Sequence record: SRR31156797_4553
Strand: one strand, 5' to 3'
DNA length: 64,000 nucleotides
Shown here: positions 9,140 to 19,353 of the stretch, piece by piece
Layout: the number at the start of each line of letters is the position of its first letter
How positions within the stretch are numbered: position 1 is the stretch's first letter
Notes under the pieces: model-generated
What the model was told of the DNA's origin: nothing
Database searches by the model: none
Seen by the model: only the letters and a program-made list of their open reading frames with translations
Position numbers and translations under genes: made by a program

Positions 9140-10435
9140 TTATTGTGTGACTGGTTGATTTTCTTTTTCCAATTCGTTTTTGTCATAGATTTTTACGAAT
9201 GGGTAATAGATCAGAATCGATAAAAGAATCAAAAGAACATTCAGCACGATCGCACGCCAATCGCCGCCAGTCGCTAAGAAAGCACCAATTGGTCCAGGCA
9301 ATGTCCAAGGGGCATTGACCGTGACGGCATTGACTAAACCTGCTGAGGTGGCGACCCATGCAATGACACCATTGATTAAAGGCGCAATGATGAACGGTGG
9401 GATCAAGATTGGATTCAAGACGATCGGTGTACCGAAAATCAGTGGTTCGTTGATGTTGAAAATAGCTGGAATTAAGGCTGTTTTTCCTAGTTTTGAACCG
9501 AATTCCGATTTTGTGCGAAAAGCTAACAAAATAGCCAAACCAATCGTTGAACCAGCCCCACCAATCCAGATGAACCATTGATAAAATGGTTCGGCTGCAA
9601 TATTGGGAATCATATCTCCCGATGCAAGCGCTGTTGTATTTCCTTCTAACAACTGTAACCATAATGGACGAGCCAGTGAACCAACGATAGAAGCACCATG
9701 GATCCCGAATGACCAGAAGAAGGTCGTCAAGAAGGTGATCAAAAGCACACTTGGCAAGGTATCTGCGGCACTGACTAAAGGATCGACGACTTTTGCCACG
9801 ATCGTGTGCCAGTCAAAACCGATATAGTAAGTGATCGCGCCCATTCCTAAAATGATCACTAAAGTGGGAGTCAAGGCTTCAAAAGAGCGAGCAACTGCAG
9901 GTGGGACTTGTTCTGGCATCGTGATTTTGAATTTCGATTTGTCCGTTAACCGATAGATTTCAACGGCAAGAATCGAGGTGATGATCGCCACGAACATACC
10001 AGCACTCCCTAAATTGGCCATTGGCAAGACAAAACCGACCGTTCCAGCTGCATCCAACGCTTCTGCTGGGATATTGACCGGGGTGAAGGTCAGTAAGAAG
10101 GCGGTCGTTGCTAAGATCCCGCCTGAAAGACCATCAAGCTTATAAGAGCGAGAAAGACTGTATCCGATCCCGAATGCAGCATACAAGCTCATAATGTACA
10201 TCGTCATTCGATAAGGCAATAAGATGGTTGTGGCATTGCTAGACAAGAATTGATAGATGCCCCAACTTTGAGGCAGCGGTGGAAAGGCTAAAATCATAAA
10301 GAACGAACTGACGATAATCAATGGCAATGTTGAAACGATCCCGTCACGAACCGCTCGCAAATGACGCTGGCTGCCAAGTTTTTCCATCGGTCCTGCCAGA
10401 TGGCGTTCGATGAACTGAGTGAATTTATCTAACAT
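9140..10435 (-). CDS. PTS EIIC component, lactose/cellobiose/chitobiose (Lac) family
   Basis: QRHLRAVRDG, IKITMPEQVPPAV-like, FFWSFGIHG, GGAGSTIGL, FNINEPLIFGTPIVLNP. Confidence 0.93.
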   Translation of the reverse strand: MLDKFTQFIERHLAGPMEKLGSQRHLRAVRDGIVSTLPLIIVSSFFMILAFPPLPQSWGIYQFLSSNATTILLPYRMTMYIMSLYAAFGIGYSLSRSYKLDGLSGGILATTAFLLTFTPVNIPAEALDAAGTVGFVLPMANLGSAGMFVAIITSILAVEIYRLTDKSKFKITMPEQVPPAVARSFEALTPTLVIILGMGAITYYIGFDWHTIVAKVVDPLVSAADTLPSVLLITFLTTFFWSFGIHGASIVGSLARPLWLQLLEGNTTALASGDMIPNIAAEPFYQWFIWIGGAGSTIGLAILLAFRTKSEFGSKLGKTALIPAIFNINEPLIFGTPIVLNPILIPPFIIAPLINGVIAWVATSAGLVNAVTVNAPWTLPGPIGAFLATGGDWRAIVLNVLLILLSILIYYPFVKIYDKNELEKENQPVTQ

Positions 10436-10456
10436 GGTTTATCCTCCTAAGATGTT

Positions 10457-11617
10457 TTACATTTTTGTTTCCCATGGATTCGGAATGATTTTTCCTAAAA
10501 TCACGCCTTGGGCTGCCCCGGTTGCTGCAGGGGCATTGTTGACACGGCTGTGAAGGGTTTCATTTCCTAAGATGGCGAAAGCCACCGCTTCTTTGGCATC
10601 GTTCGAACCGCCAATGTCATCTTGTGTTACAACGGCTACTGTTTCGGGTAAATAGCCTTTGATCATCTCAATCAGCAGATGGTTATGGGCGCCACCACCT
10701 GAAAGAATCACTTCAATATCATTTGTTCCCAACTGAGGGAAAATGAACCTTTGGTAACTGTCAGCAATGGAAAATGCGGTGAAATCGGTTAAAGTTCTCA
10801 CCAAGTCTTCCGATGCTACTTGGGGATATTCGGTCATTAGCTGCTGCACAAAATGTTTGCCAAATTGTTCACGTCCAGTGCTTTTCGGCGGTTGCTGGGA
10901 CAAATAAAAATGAGTTCTTAATTCCTTTTGCAAGGTGGGTATAATTGCTCCCGCTCGGGCTGTTTCACCAAACGCATCATAAGGCTGACCGAATAGCTGA
11001 ACCATTAGTTCATCGATGACCATGTTTCCTGGACCTGTATCAAAAGCATATAATTCGCTTAAGCCACCATTTTTAGGCAGAACCGTAACGTTGCCGATGC
11101 CGCCAATATTTTGCAATAAGCGATTTTTATCGCCTGATTGATAAAGCAGATAGTCCGTATAAGGTACAAGGGGCGCTCCTTGCCCGCCAGCAGCCATATC
11201 CATCACTCGGAAATCGGCGACGACTTTCGTTTGTAAGCCATAAGCAATAATCGAAGGTTCGCCAATTTGCAAGGTGCTGTTATTCGCTGGATCAGCATCG
11301 GGGGAGTGCCAGATCGTTTGTCCGTGGCTGGCAACAAAATCAATGCTTTTTTCTTCAATACCGGCTTTTTGGCAGAGGATTTGACACGCTTTCAAAAATT
11401 GATACCCTAATTCAGTATTTAATTGGCAGATGAGGGGAACATTTGATTCCACCGGATCACAAGCAGTTTTTATTCGTTCCTTCAATTCTTCACCAATGGG
11501 CAGTGTGAGCATTTCCATCAGCTGGACGTCAGTTTCGGTACCGCAGCCGTTGATTTTTACTAAAGCAGCGTCGATTCCATCCAAACTGGTTCCTGACATG
11601 AGTCCTATTGCAAGCAT
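10457..11617 (-). CDS. anmK: Anhydro-N-acetylmuramic acid kinase
   Basis: IGLMSGTSLDGID, SHGQT, DFR..D.AAGGQGAPLVP, NIGGIGN, FDTGPGN, KSTGREQFG, KEAVAFA; ATG 11617 follows RBS AAGGAG. Confidence 0.95.
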   Translation of the reverse strand: MLAIGLMSGTSLDGIDAALVKINGCGTETDVQLMEMLTLPIGEELKERIKTACDPVESNVPLICQLNTELGYQFLKACQILCQKAGIEEKSIDFVASHGQTIWHSPDADPANNSTLQIGEPSIIAYGLQTKVVADFRVMDMAAGGQGAPLVPYTDYLLYQSGDKNRLLQNIGGIGNVTVLPKNGGLSELYAFDTGPGNMVIDELMVQLFGQPYDAFGETARAGAIIPTLQKELRTHFYLSQQPPKSTGREQFGKHFVQQLMTEYPQVASEDLVRTLTDFTAFSIADSYQRFIFPQLGTNDIEVILSGGGAHNHLLIEMIKGYLPETVAVVTQDDIGGSNDAKEAVAFAILGNETLHSRVNNAPAATGAAQGVILGKIIPNPWETKM

Positions 11618-11646
11618 ATCTTTTCTCCTTTCTTTTAGAATAGTGA

Positions 11647-11739
11647 TGAAAGCGATTGTTGAATTCGATTTCACACTCATTGTAAATGAAGTGTAATTAT
11701 ATTTCAAGATATAAATTTATAATTGAAAAAACATTTCAA
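11647..11739 (-). promoter_or_regulatory. anmK operon promoter with repeated TGWAW..TTTCA operator-like boxes and a cre-like site
   Basis: Minus-strand TTGAAA(11702-11707)-17-TACAAT(11679-11684); boxes TGTAATTATATTTCA (11692-11706), TGAAAAAACATTTCA (11724-11738), TGAATTCGATTTCA (11660-11673); TGAAAGCGATTGTT (11647-11660). Confidence 0.55.
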
Positions 11740-11871
11740 CATAATGATGTTAGGTGTTCGCTATTTTTATCAAAAATGGGTGGTAAATGAAATTTCGCTG
11801 GAAGAGAGATGTCTAACGATCAGGGAAAGTGGTATAATGATTGGAAGGATATTTTTTAAGAAGGTGAAGAA

Positions 11872-12993
11872 ATGCGCTTTATACATACAGCTGATTGGCA
11901 CATCGGAAAAAAACTACATGGCTATGATCTGCTGGAAGACCAACGAGCAATCATTGATCAAATCATAGCGCTAGCAAGAGCAGAAAAGGTCGATGCCATC
12001 GTCATTGCGGGGGACCTTTATGATCGTTCGGTTCCTGCTGTTGATGCAGTCAAATTACTAAATGAAAAAATCGCTGAAATCAATTTAACGAATGAACTGC
12101 CATTATTGGCTATCTCAGGAAATCATGATAGTCCAACTCGTTTAGAAACCGGCAGTCAGTGGTTTCAACAAACACGCTTTTACCTGTCCACCAGCATCGA
12201 ACAAAGTTTGCACCCGGTTGAGTTTGACGATACACAATTCTTTTTACTACCGTATTTCGAACCCATCGAGGCCCGCTTGTTTTTTGATGAACCATTAATG
12301 AAGATTTCTGATAGTGTCCAAAGAGTCATTGAGGAGATGACCAAGAACTTTGACTCGTCCAAAAAGCAAGTGCTAGTGACCCATTTCTTTGTGGCGGGTT
12401 CTAGCCAAACAGATTCAGAAACAAAAATTCAAGTTGGCGGATTGGACAGCGTACCGACCACCGCTTTTGCGCCTTTTGATCGGGTTGTTTTAGGCCATTT
12501 ACATGCCAATACGGCTCTCAAACACCCAAAGATCGGGTACAGCGGCTCACCACTGAAATTTTCCCTTTCTGAACGGACGAACCAAAAAGGGATCTATCTT
12601 ATTGATACCGTAAAAGATACCAATGAATTTATTCCATTGACACCAAAAAGGGATATCCAGCAGCTGACGGCGTCCTTTGAGGAGTTGATCGATCCGGTTT
12701 TTTACCGTGATCTGGATCGTGAGGCGTTTTGTCATTTTCTGCTGACGGATCGTGCTGTGATTCCAAATATGATGAATCAGTTGCGAAAAATCTATCCATT
12801 TATTTTGTCTGTCGAACGGTTGAATGGACGAGAACAGACGAAAAAAAGACAGCTAACGACACGAGAAACCGACCCGCAGACCTTGATCAGTCATTTTTTT
12901 CAAGAAATGACGGGAGATTCATTGCTCGATTCACAAACCAAATGGATCGAACAAGGATTAAATGAAGCATTTGTCGTGGAAAAGAGGGAATAG
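11872..12993 (+). CDS. sbcD: Exonuclease SbcD
   Basis: HTADWHIG, IAGDLYD, SGNHD, LGHLH, YSGSPLKFS metallophosphoesterase motifs. Confidence 0.95.
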   Translation: MRFIHTADWHIGKKLHGYDLLEDQRAIIDQIIALARAEKVDAIVIAGDLYDRSVPAVDAVKLLNEKIAEINLTNELPLLAISGNHDSPTRLETGSQWFQQTRFYLSTSIEQSLHPVEFDDTQFFLLPYFEPIEARLFFDEPLMKISDSVQRVIEEMTKNFDSSKKQVLVTHFFVAGSSQTDSETKIQVGGLDSVPTTAFAPFDRVVLGHLHANTALKHPKIGYSGSPLKFSLSERTNQKGIYLIDTVKDTNEFIPLTPKRDIQQLTASFEELIDPVFYRDLDREAFCHFLLTDRAVIPNMMNQLRKIYPFILSVERLNGREQTKKRQLTTRETDPQTLISHFFQEMTGDSLLDSQTKWIEQGLNEAFVVEKRE

Positions 12994-12995
12994 TC

Positions 12996-15900
12996 ATGCA
13001 ACCGAAGTCTTTACAAATGAAAAATTTTGGTCCATTCATTGATGAAAAATTGGATTTTAGTCAGCTGCAAGCTGGCGGGTTGTTTTTGATCAGCGGTAAA
13101 ACTGGTGCAGGAAAAACGACGATTTTCGATGGAATGACGTTTGCCTTGTTCGGTGAAACATCGGGGAATCTGCGCTCAGGCAAAGAAATGCGATCGATGT
13201 TTGCTTCACCAACCGAAGAGACCAGCGTCACCTTTACTTTTGAACATCAGCGTTTTACTTACCAGATCCAACGGAAACCGGAACAGACCTTAGCAAAAAA
13301 ACGTGGTGACGGGGTCACCAACCAAACGGCAAAAGTCCAGCTGACAATTTTTGACGCCGAGGGCAAAGAGAAAAAGCAGATCAGTAAACGGACAGAGGTT
13401 GATGCATTTATCAAGGATCTGCTGCAGCTGGATGCCAAACAGTTTTTTCAAATCATGATGTTGCCGCAAGGAGAATTTCGTAATTTTTTGATTGCCAGCA
13501 GCAATGAGAAAGAACGCGTTTTACGGAATTTATTTGGCACGGAAATGTATCAACAATTTAATGAATGGTTGAAAGAGCAAGTCAAAGCACAAAGTAAAAA
13601 GCTTGAGCATCAGCAGCTGCTCGCCTCGCAAATCATGGAGCGCTTTGAATGGGAAGAAGCGCAGGAGGTTTTAACGGTTGCGGAAGGTCTTACTTTGTGG
13701 GCGCAGGATTTAGAAAAACAACAGGCGCAGCTTCAGCAGTTATTGCACAAAAAAGACCAAGCGATCCAAGAAATGAAAGCTGCGCAAGACGCTTTTTACC
13801 GTGCAAAAGAAATTGAAAATGCACGGATCGAATGGCAAGGTCTACAAGAAAAAGCCCGAGAGCTGCATGCTAAAAAAACCGAGATCGCTCAGAAAAAAGC
13901 CCAGTTGAACCAGTTGGTGTGGGCGCTTGAACATCAAGAAATCATGCAGCAAAAAGAAGAACGAGTGAAAGAAGCACAGCAAGCTACTCAGCAAATCAAC
14001 GAAACAAAGCAGCAGCTGCAAGAAATTCAGCAGCAACAAGTAAGCTGGCAAGACCAACGAGCGTTGATTGACGGCATCAAGAAAAAACAGGAAGCTGCTA
14101 GTCAAAAAGTTCAACGAATCCAGCAGCAGATCCCGCTAGCACAGCGCACACAAGCGCAGCAAGAAGAAGTGGTGCAACTTGAAAAAGCCGCACAAAAACA
14201 GACCACCGAATTAACGAAGATAAACCAAGCGCAAGCAAGTGCCAAAGCGCAAGCGCAGCATCTGGCAGAAGAAATCGAAGCATTGCGAGGGTTTCAAGCA
14301 GAAGCGGTGAAATTAGTAGAAACGCAGGCTCTGGTAGAAAAATGGCAGCAAGCAAAAGCGCAGTTTCGTGAAGCCGAGCAAAAAGCAGGGGAACAGCAAC
14401 AAATTCATTCGGAGTTGGTTCTTGAAAAACAGCAATTAGCAGCATCCTTGCTGGAGCTGCAAAAAACGTTAAAACAAGAAACCAGTCAAAATGCTCGAAT
14501 GCAAATTGCTCGGCTTCGTCTTTTGCTGGAAGAAAATGAACCCTGTCCGGTTTGCGGATCATTGGATCATCCGAATACACAGGAGCACACGACCTATCGC
14601 ATCGAAGACATCATTGCCAGTGAACAAAGACTTGAGCAAACACAAGAAAAATTGACGAAGATCCAGCAGCAAGTATCGGCAAATCAAACGCTGCAGGAGC
14701 AAGCCACATTGCGAATCAGCGAATGGCAAGCCACCAGTGTTGCTGCGCAGAAGCAAGTGGCATTCGCTTGGACTGCAGTTCAACAGGCATTTGCTGCCTT
14801 GCAGCCGATAGAAAACCAAGAGACGATTACCGAGGAAACGGCGGTAGCGGAACTAAAGAAACGGCAATCTTTCAATCAACAAAAAGCCGCTTCTTATGAA
14901 GACGCGCAGAAGAAACATCAGGCAGTAAATGAGAAATTAGCAACGTTAAATGAGTCCTATCAGCAAGTCAGTGAGCAAGCGAAAAAAGCCCAAGAAGCGC
15001 GCCAGCTTGCGGAGGGGAAATTGGCTTCTTTACAGGAACAACTTGCAGGCGCAACGTATGAACAATTACAAGCCGATTTAGCAAAAACCAATGGTTTACT
15101 GAGGGAATATACGCAACAAATTGAGGCTGATGCCCGACAAGAAGCGCAGCTAAACGAACAGCAAGCGATTCTTTCAGAGAAGCTGAAAAATCTGCAGCAA
15201 TTTTTTGAACAAAAGCAAGCGGCTAAGACAAAAGCAGAACAACGACTGACGCAGCGACTTCAAGAAGCTGGTATGACTGAGGAAACGATGCGGGAATTGA
15301 TTGCCCAAGCCGCTCAAACAACCGTTCTCTCAGAAGAAATCAAAACCTATGAGCAAGAAACGGTGTTTGTTCAGCAACGGCTAGCATTGTTAGATGCACA
15401 GTTAAAAGAGCAAGCTGCGATTGATTTAAACCAATTGGAAGCTGACTACCTTCAGTTGCAGACCGTGATGGAGGAACTACAGCAAGAAACAGTTCGCAAA
15501 CAGGAGAAAGTCAACGGCAATCAACGGTTGTTTGACGAGCTGCAGGTCATTTATCAGCAAAATGTCGAAGAACTGGCCCAATTAGGCCAACTTCAGCAGT
15601 TGGCAGAAACCATCAACGGCGAAAACGTCAAAAAAACCAGCTTGGAACGGTATGTACTGCAGCAATTTCTGACAGAGATCTTAGAAGTCGCCAATGAACG
15701 CTTGGCTCGGTTGACTCGTGGCCGCTATCAATTTGAATTAGCGGATAAAGTTGGGAGCTATCGAAGCTCAACAGGCTTAGAAATTGACATCTATGACGAT
15801 AATGCTGGTCAAGTCAGAAGAGCACATACACTGTCAGGCGGTGAAAGCTTTATTGCAGCCTTAGCGTTAGCAATCTCTTTAGCAGATGTGATCCAGCAAC

Positions 15901-16124
15901 GAGCTGGCGGGATTGAGATCGAAGCACTTTTCATCGATGAAGGGTTTGGCTCGCTTGATGAAGAATCATTAGAAATGGCGATGGAAGCATTAGAAATGAT
16001 CGAAAATGAAGGGCGCATGATTGGGATCATCAGTCATGTTCGAGAACTGCGGGCAAGGATCCTGCAGCAAGTTTTCGTAGAAACCAACGGCAGCGGGCAA
16101 AGCCGGATCCGAATAAAAGAATAA
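12996..16124 (+). CDS. sbcC: Exonuclease SbcC (SMC/Rad50-like ATPase)
   Basis: Walker A GKTGAGKT, coiled coil with CPVCGS zinc hook, LSGGESF signature, FIDEGFGSLD. Confidence 0.95.
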   Translation: MQPKSLQMKNFGPFIDEKLDFSQLQAGGLFLISGKTGAGKTTIFDGMTFALFGETSGNLRSGKEMRSMFASPTEETSVTFTFEHQRFTYQIQRKPEQTLAKKRGDGVTNQTAKVQLTIFDAEGKEKKQISKRTEVDAFIKDLLQLDAKQFFQIMMLPQGEFRNFLIASSNEKERVLRNLFGTEMYQQFNEWLKEQVKAQSKKLEHQQLLASQIMERFEWEEAQEVLTVAEGLTLWAQDLEKQQAQLQQLLHKKDQAIQEMKAAQDAFYRAKEIENARIEWQGLQEKARELHAKKTEIAQKKAQLNQLVWALEHQEIMQQKEERVKEAQQATQQINETKQQLQEIQQQQVSWQDQRALIDGIKKKQEAASQKVQRIQQQIPLAQRTQAQQEEVVQLEKAAQKQTTELTKINQAQASAKAQAQHLAEEIEALRGFQAEAVKLVETQALVEKWQQAKAQFREAEQKAGEQQQIHSELVLEKQQLAASLLELQKTLKQETSQNARMQIARLRLLLEENEPCPVCGSLDHPNTQEHTTYRIEDIIASEQRLEQTQEKLTKIQQQVSANQTLQEQATLRISEWQATSVAAQKQVAFAWTAVQQAFAALQPIENQETITEETAVAELKKRQSFNQQKAASYEDAQKKHQAVNEKLATLNESYQQVSEQAKKAQEARQLAEGKLASLQEQLAGATYEQLQADLAKTNGLLREYTQQIEADARQEAQLNEQQAILSEKLKNLQQFFEQKQAAKTKAEQRLTQRLQEAGMTEETMRELIAQAAQTTVLSEEIKTYEQETVFVQQRLALLDAQLKEQAAIDLNQLEADYLQLQTVMEELQQETVRKQEKVNGNQRLFDELQVIYQQNVEELAQLGQLQQLAETINGENVKKTSLERYVLQQFLTEILEVANERLARLTRGRYQFELADKVGSYRSSTGLEIDIYDDNAGQVRRAHTLSGGESFIAALALAISLADVIQQRAGGIEIEALFIDEGFGSLDEESLEMAMEALEMIENEGRMIGIISHVRELRARILQQVFVETNGSGQSRIRIKE

Positions 16125-16140
16125 GGAGAGGAGGGCTCTT

Positions 16141-19100
16141 ATGAAGTGGAGTATTCCAGAAAAAGTAATCGAGCGGGGGAGAACGTATCTTAATGAAGGC
16201 CGTGTCCTGTCTGTCACCCCGGATAAAGAAAAAAATGTGTGGCATGCAGAAGTACTCGGAACAGAATTGTATTTAGTTACTTTGGATGCTACTGCCAAAG
16301 AAGTGGATTATTGCCAATGTCCCTATTGGGAAGAACATCATTATTGCAAACATACGGTGGCCGTCGAACTCTATTTACGCCAACAAGGAAAAACACGGAA
16401 AATCAATGAACAAACCCCCATCAAAAAAGCCTTTTCTGCTTCAGAGATGTTTTCCAATGGTTTTGCTCGCTTAGACAGCGAAAAGGAAGCGAGTAAACCA
16501 TTACAGATTGAATTTCGGGTAGATACGATTGCGACAAATCCTTATCACCAAGAGATGGATATTTTAGGGGTCTCTTTGAAGGTCGGGCATCGCGGCACGG
16601 CCAGGACCTATGTCGTCAAAAACATTTATAAATTTTTACAGATGTATCAAGAGAACAAGCACTATGCGGCCAATAAGCAACAGACCTTTTTGCTTTCTGC
16701 GGATGCCTTTGATGAGAAAAATCGAGCTTTATTGAATCGATTGACAGGAATCGCGCAAACCCAACAATTAATGGGGCAAGCGGGCATTCAAATCAATGGC
16801 AAACTTGATAAAAAATACTTGCTTCTGCCCGTTGAATTCGGCAAGGAACTGCTATTGCAATTCAATGATGTCTACACGCAAATCACCATTGGTGAAACCA
16901 AGGTCAGCCAAGTAGACTTCCAATCGGGGGAACCATTGACGTTTTCAGTTACAAAAGAAGCGGATCATTTTCCGCTGCAGTTCGTAAAAGACTTCGACCA
17001 CTTACTTAGTTATTATAACTGGGGGCTGTTGGACGGAACATTTTATGAATTGACTGTCGAGCAAAAGGAGATCTATGTCACGATGCAGCAGCTGTTTAAA
17101 CGTTTTGAACAGCCAATCATTGATTATCCAAAAGAAGAGCTGGCGAATCTCTTTATGAAAGTTTTGCCTTATTTGCGAAAAATTGGGCGTGTCCAAGTGG
17201 CTCCTGAGGTTCAAAATGACATCGAAGAATCTGAATTGAAAGCAGTTTTCTCCTTGCGGAAAATCAAAGGTCAAGTAGATCTACAAGTTGATTTTACTTA
17301 TGGAGAAGTCGTTTTTTCAAGTGATGAAAAACATCAATACATGCCAGAAAATCATCCAGAGATTTTACGTGATTTCCAACAAGAAGCACGGATCGAAGCC
17401 ATTATTGAAACCTTTGGCTATCAAGCCAGCAGCAAAAATTGGCAAAAAAATCTACCGCTAGGTGAGCAACTCTATACCTTTTTTACGAGAGAGATCCCGG
17501 TCTTGAGACAATTAGGGGAAGTGCGGATCGGCAAGAAGCTGAGGGAACTCTACCTTGATGCCCAGCATCATCGACCAGAAATCGTGATTGAAGAGAATGG
17601 TTCTTGGTTGGATATCAAGTTTGATGTTAGCGGCATTCAAGAATCAGAGATCAACGATGTTTTGCGGAGTCTGTTGCAATCTGCGCAATTTTATACCACA
17701 GAAAATGGGCAAGTTCTTTCGCTGGAGTCGGAAGAGTTTCAAGAAGCAAGTGCTGCCCTCAAAAAATTACGGCTATCGTTAGATACGAAAAACGGGGCAA
17801 TCCAAGTCCCATTGAATCAAGGGCTATTACTGCAAGAACAGTTTGCCGATCAAGCGAGTTTTAGTACAGGCTTTCAGCAAATGACGGAAGATTTGATCCA
17901 TCCAGAAAACTTTGAGGCACAGTTGCCAGACAACTTGCATGCTGAGTTGCGGCAGTACCAAGAAGTTGGCTTTCGTTGGCTAAAAATGTTGAGCCATTAT
18001 CAATTTGGCGGCATTCTTGCTGATGAAATGGGGTTAGGGAAGACCGTCCAAACCATTAGCTATTTGCTTTCTGAGAAACAAGAGCATCAAAAATTGAATG
18101 CGTTGATCGTGGCGCCAGCCAGTCTAACATTCAACTGGCAGCAAGAAATCAAACGGTTCGCACCTTCAATTTCAGCGACTGTCATCAGTGGAACGAAAGA
18201 AGAGCGAGAAGCGCAGATGGCGCAATCAGCGGACGTCCGAATTACTTCTTATGCAAGCTTGCGTCAGGACATTGATGCCTATCAAGCACTAGAGCTATCG
18301 TGTTTGATTTTAGATGAAGCACAGATGGTCAAAAACAGCGCGACCAAAACGGCACAGGCATTGCGATCCTTGGAAGTTCCGCAGCGGTTCGCCCTCAGTG
18401 GCACACCGATCGAGAACAATTTAGAAGAATTGTGGTCCTTGTTCCAAATGATTATGCCAGGCTTTTTCCCCAACAAGCAGAAATTTAAGGAACTATCTAC
18501 ACAGGAAATTGCAAAAATGATCAAACCCTTCATTTTGCGAAGAGATAAAAAATCTGTGTTACATGATTTGCCGCAAAAGCTGGAAACAAATTATTACAGT
18601 GTCCTAACAGAGGAACAAAAGAAAATTTATTTGGCGTATTTGCGACAAATGCGAGAAGAAATCGCGCAAATGGATTCTACGTCTTTCCGCAAAAATCGGA
18701 TCAGTATTTTGGCTGGCTTGACTCGTCTACGGCAAATCTGCTGTGACCCTCGATTATTCGTGGAGGACTACGGAGGGTCTTCTGGGAAACTTGAACAGGT
18801 CAAAGATTTACTCTTAGCAGCCAAAGAAAATGGCCGTCGTGTCCTGCTATTTTCTCAGTTCACCAGTATGCTTTCGATCATTGAAGAAGAATTAGCCCAG
18901 GAAGGGTTTGAATCCTTCTATTTGCGTGGCAGCACACCGCCGCAAGATCGTTTGACGATGGTCAATGCTTTTAATAGTGGCGAAAAAGATGTCTTCTTGA
19001 TCTCATTAAAAGCAGGAGGAACTGGACTAAATCTGACTGGTGCAGATACAGTGATTTTATACGATTTATGGTGGAACCCGGCAGTGGAAGAACAAGCCGC

Positions 19101-19305
19101 TGGACGAGCCCATCGGATCGGTCAAAAAAATGTAGTCGAAGTCTGGCGAATGATCGCCGAAGGAACCATTGAAGAACGAATGGATGCATTGCAACAAGAA
19201 AAGCGTGAGCTTTTCCAAAAAGTGATTCAAGGCAATGAAACCCAGCTTCAACAAATGACCGAAGAAGATATTCGCTTAATTTTGAGTATCGGCGAAGAAA
19301 ATTAA
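16141..19305 (+). CDS. SWIM zinc finger / SNF2-family helicase
   Basis: CQCP..YCKH SWIM motif; ILADEMGLGKT, DEAQ, LSGTPIEN, SLKAGGTGLNL, RAHRIGQ. Confidence 0.95.
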   Translation: MKWSIPEKVIERGRTYLNEGRVLSVTPDKEKNVWHAEVLGTELYLVTLDATAKEVDYCQCPYWEEHHYCKHTVAVELYLRQQGKTRKINEQTPIKKAFSASEMFSNGFARLDSEKEASKPLQIEFRVDTIATNPYHQEMDILGVSLKVGHRGTARTYVVKNIYKFLQMYQENKHYAANKQQTFLLSADAFDEKNRALLNRLTGIAQTQQLMGQAGIQINGKLDKKYLLLPVEFGKELLLQFNDVYTQITIGETKVSQVDFQSGEPLTFSVTKEADHFPLQFVKDFDHLLSYYNWGLLDGTFYELTVEQKEIYVTMQQLFKRFEQPIIDYPKEELANLFMKVLPYLRKIGRVQVAPEVQNDIEESELKAVFSLRKIKGQVDLQVDFTYGEVVFSSDEKHQYMPENHPEILRDFQQEARIEAIIETFGYQASSKNWQKNLPLGEQLYTFFTREIPVLRQLGEVRIGKKLRELYLDAQHHRPEIVIEENGSWLDIKFDVSGIQESEINDVLRSLLQSAQFYTTENGQVLSLESEEFQEASAALKKLRLSLDTKNGAIQVPLNQGLLLQEQFADQASFSTGFQQMTEDLIHPENFEAQLPDNLHAELRQYQEVGFRWLKMLSHYQFGGILADEMGLGKTVQTISYLLSEKQEHQKLNALIVAPASLTFNWQQEIKRFAPSISATVISGTKEEREAQMAQSADVRITSYASLRQDIDAYQALELSCLILDEAQMVKNSATKTAQALRSLEVPQRFALSGTPIENNLEELWSLFQMIMPGFFPNKQKFKELSTQEIAKMIKPFILRRDKKSVLHDLPQKLETNYYSVLTEEQKKIYLAYLRQMREEIAQMDSTSFRKNRISILAGLTRLRQICCDPRLFVEDYGGSSGKLEQVKDLLLAAKENGRRVLLFSQFTSMLSIIEEELAQEGFESFYLRGSTPPQDRLTMVNAFNSGEKDVFLISLKAGGTGLNLTGADTVILYDLWWNPAVEEQAAGRAHRIGQKNVVEVWRMIAEGTIEERMDALQQEKRELFQKVIQGNETQLQQMTEEDIRLILSIGEEN

Positions 19306-19311
19306 GCATTC

Positions 19312-19353
19312 AAAAAAACATGGACCCGCTTGAAGCGAAGGTCCATGTTTTTT
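19312..19353. terminator. Bidirectional terminator between SNF2 and HAD genes
   Basis: AAAAAAACATGGACC...GGTCCATGTTTTTTT. Confidence 0.8.

Noticed and set aside
13600-15600. CAG/CAA/GAA-rich quasi-repetitive DNA in sbcC
   Set aside because: Explained by the Gln/Glu/Ala-rich coiled coil; not a tandem repeat array.
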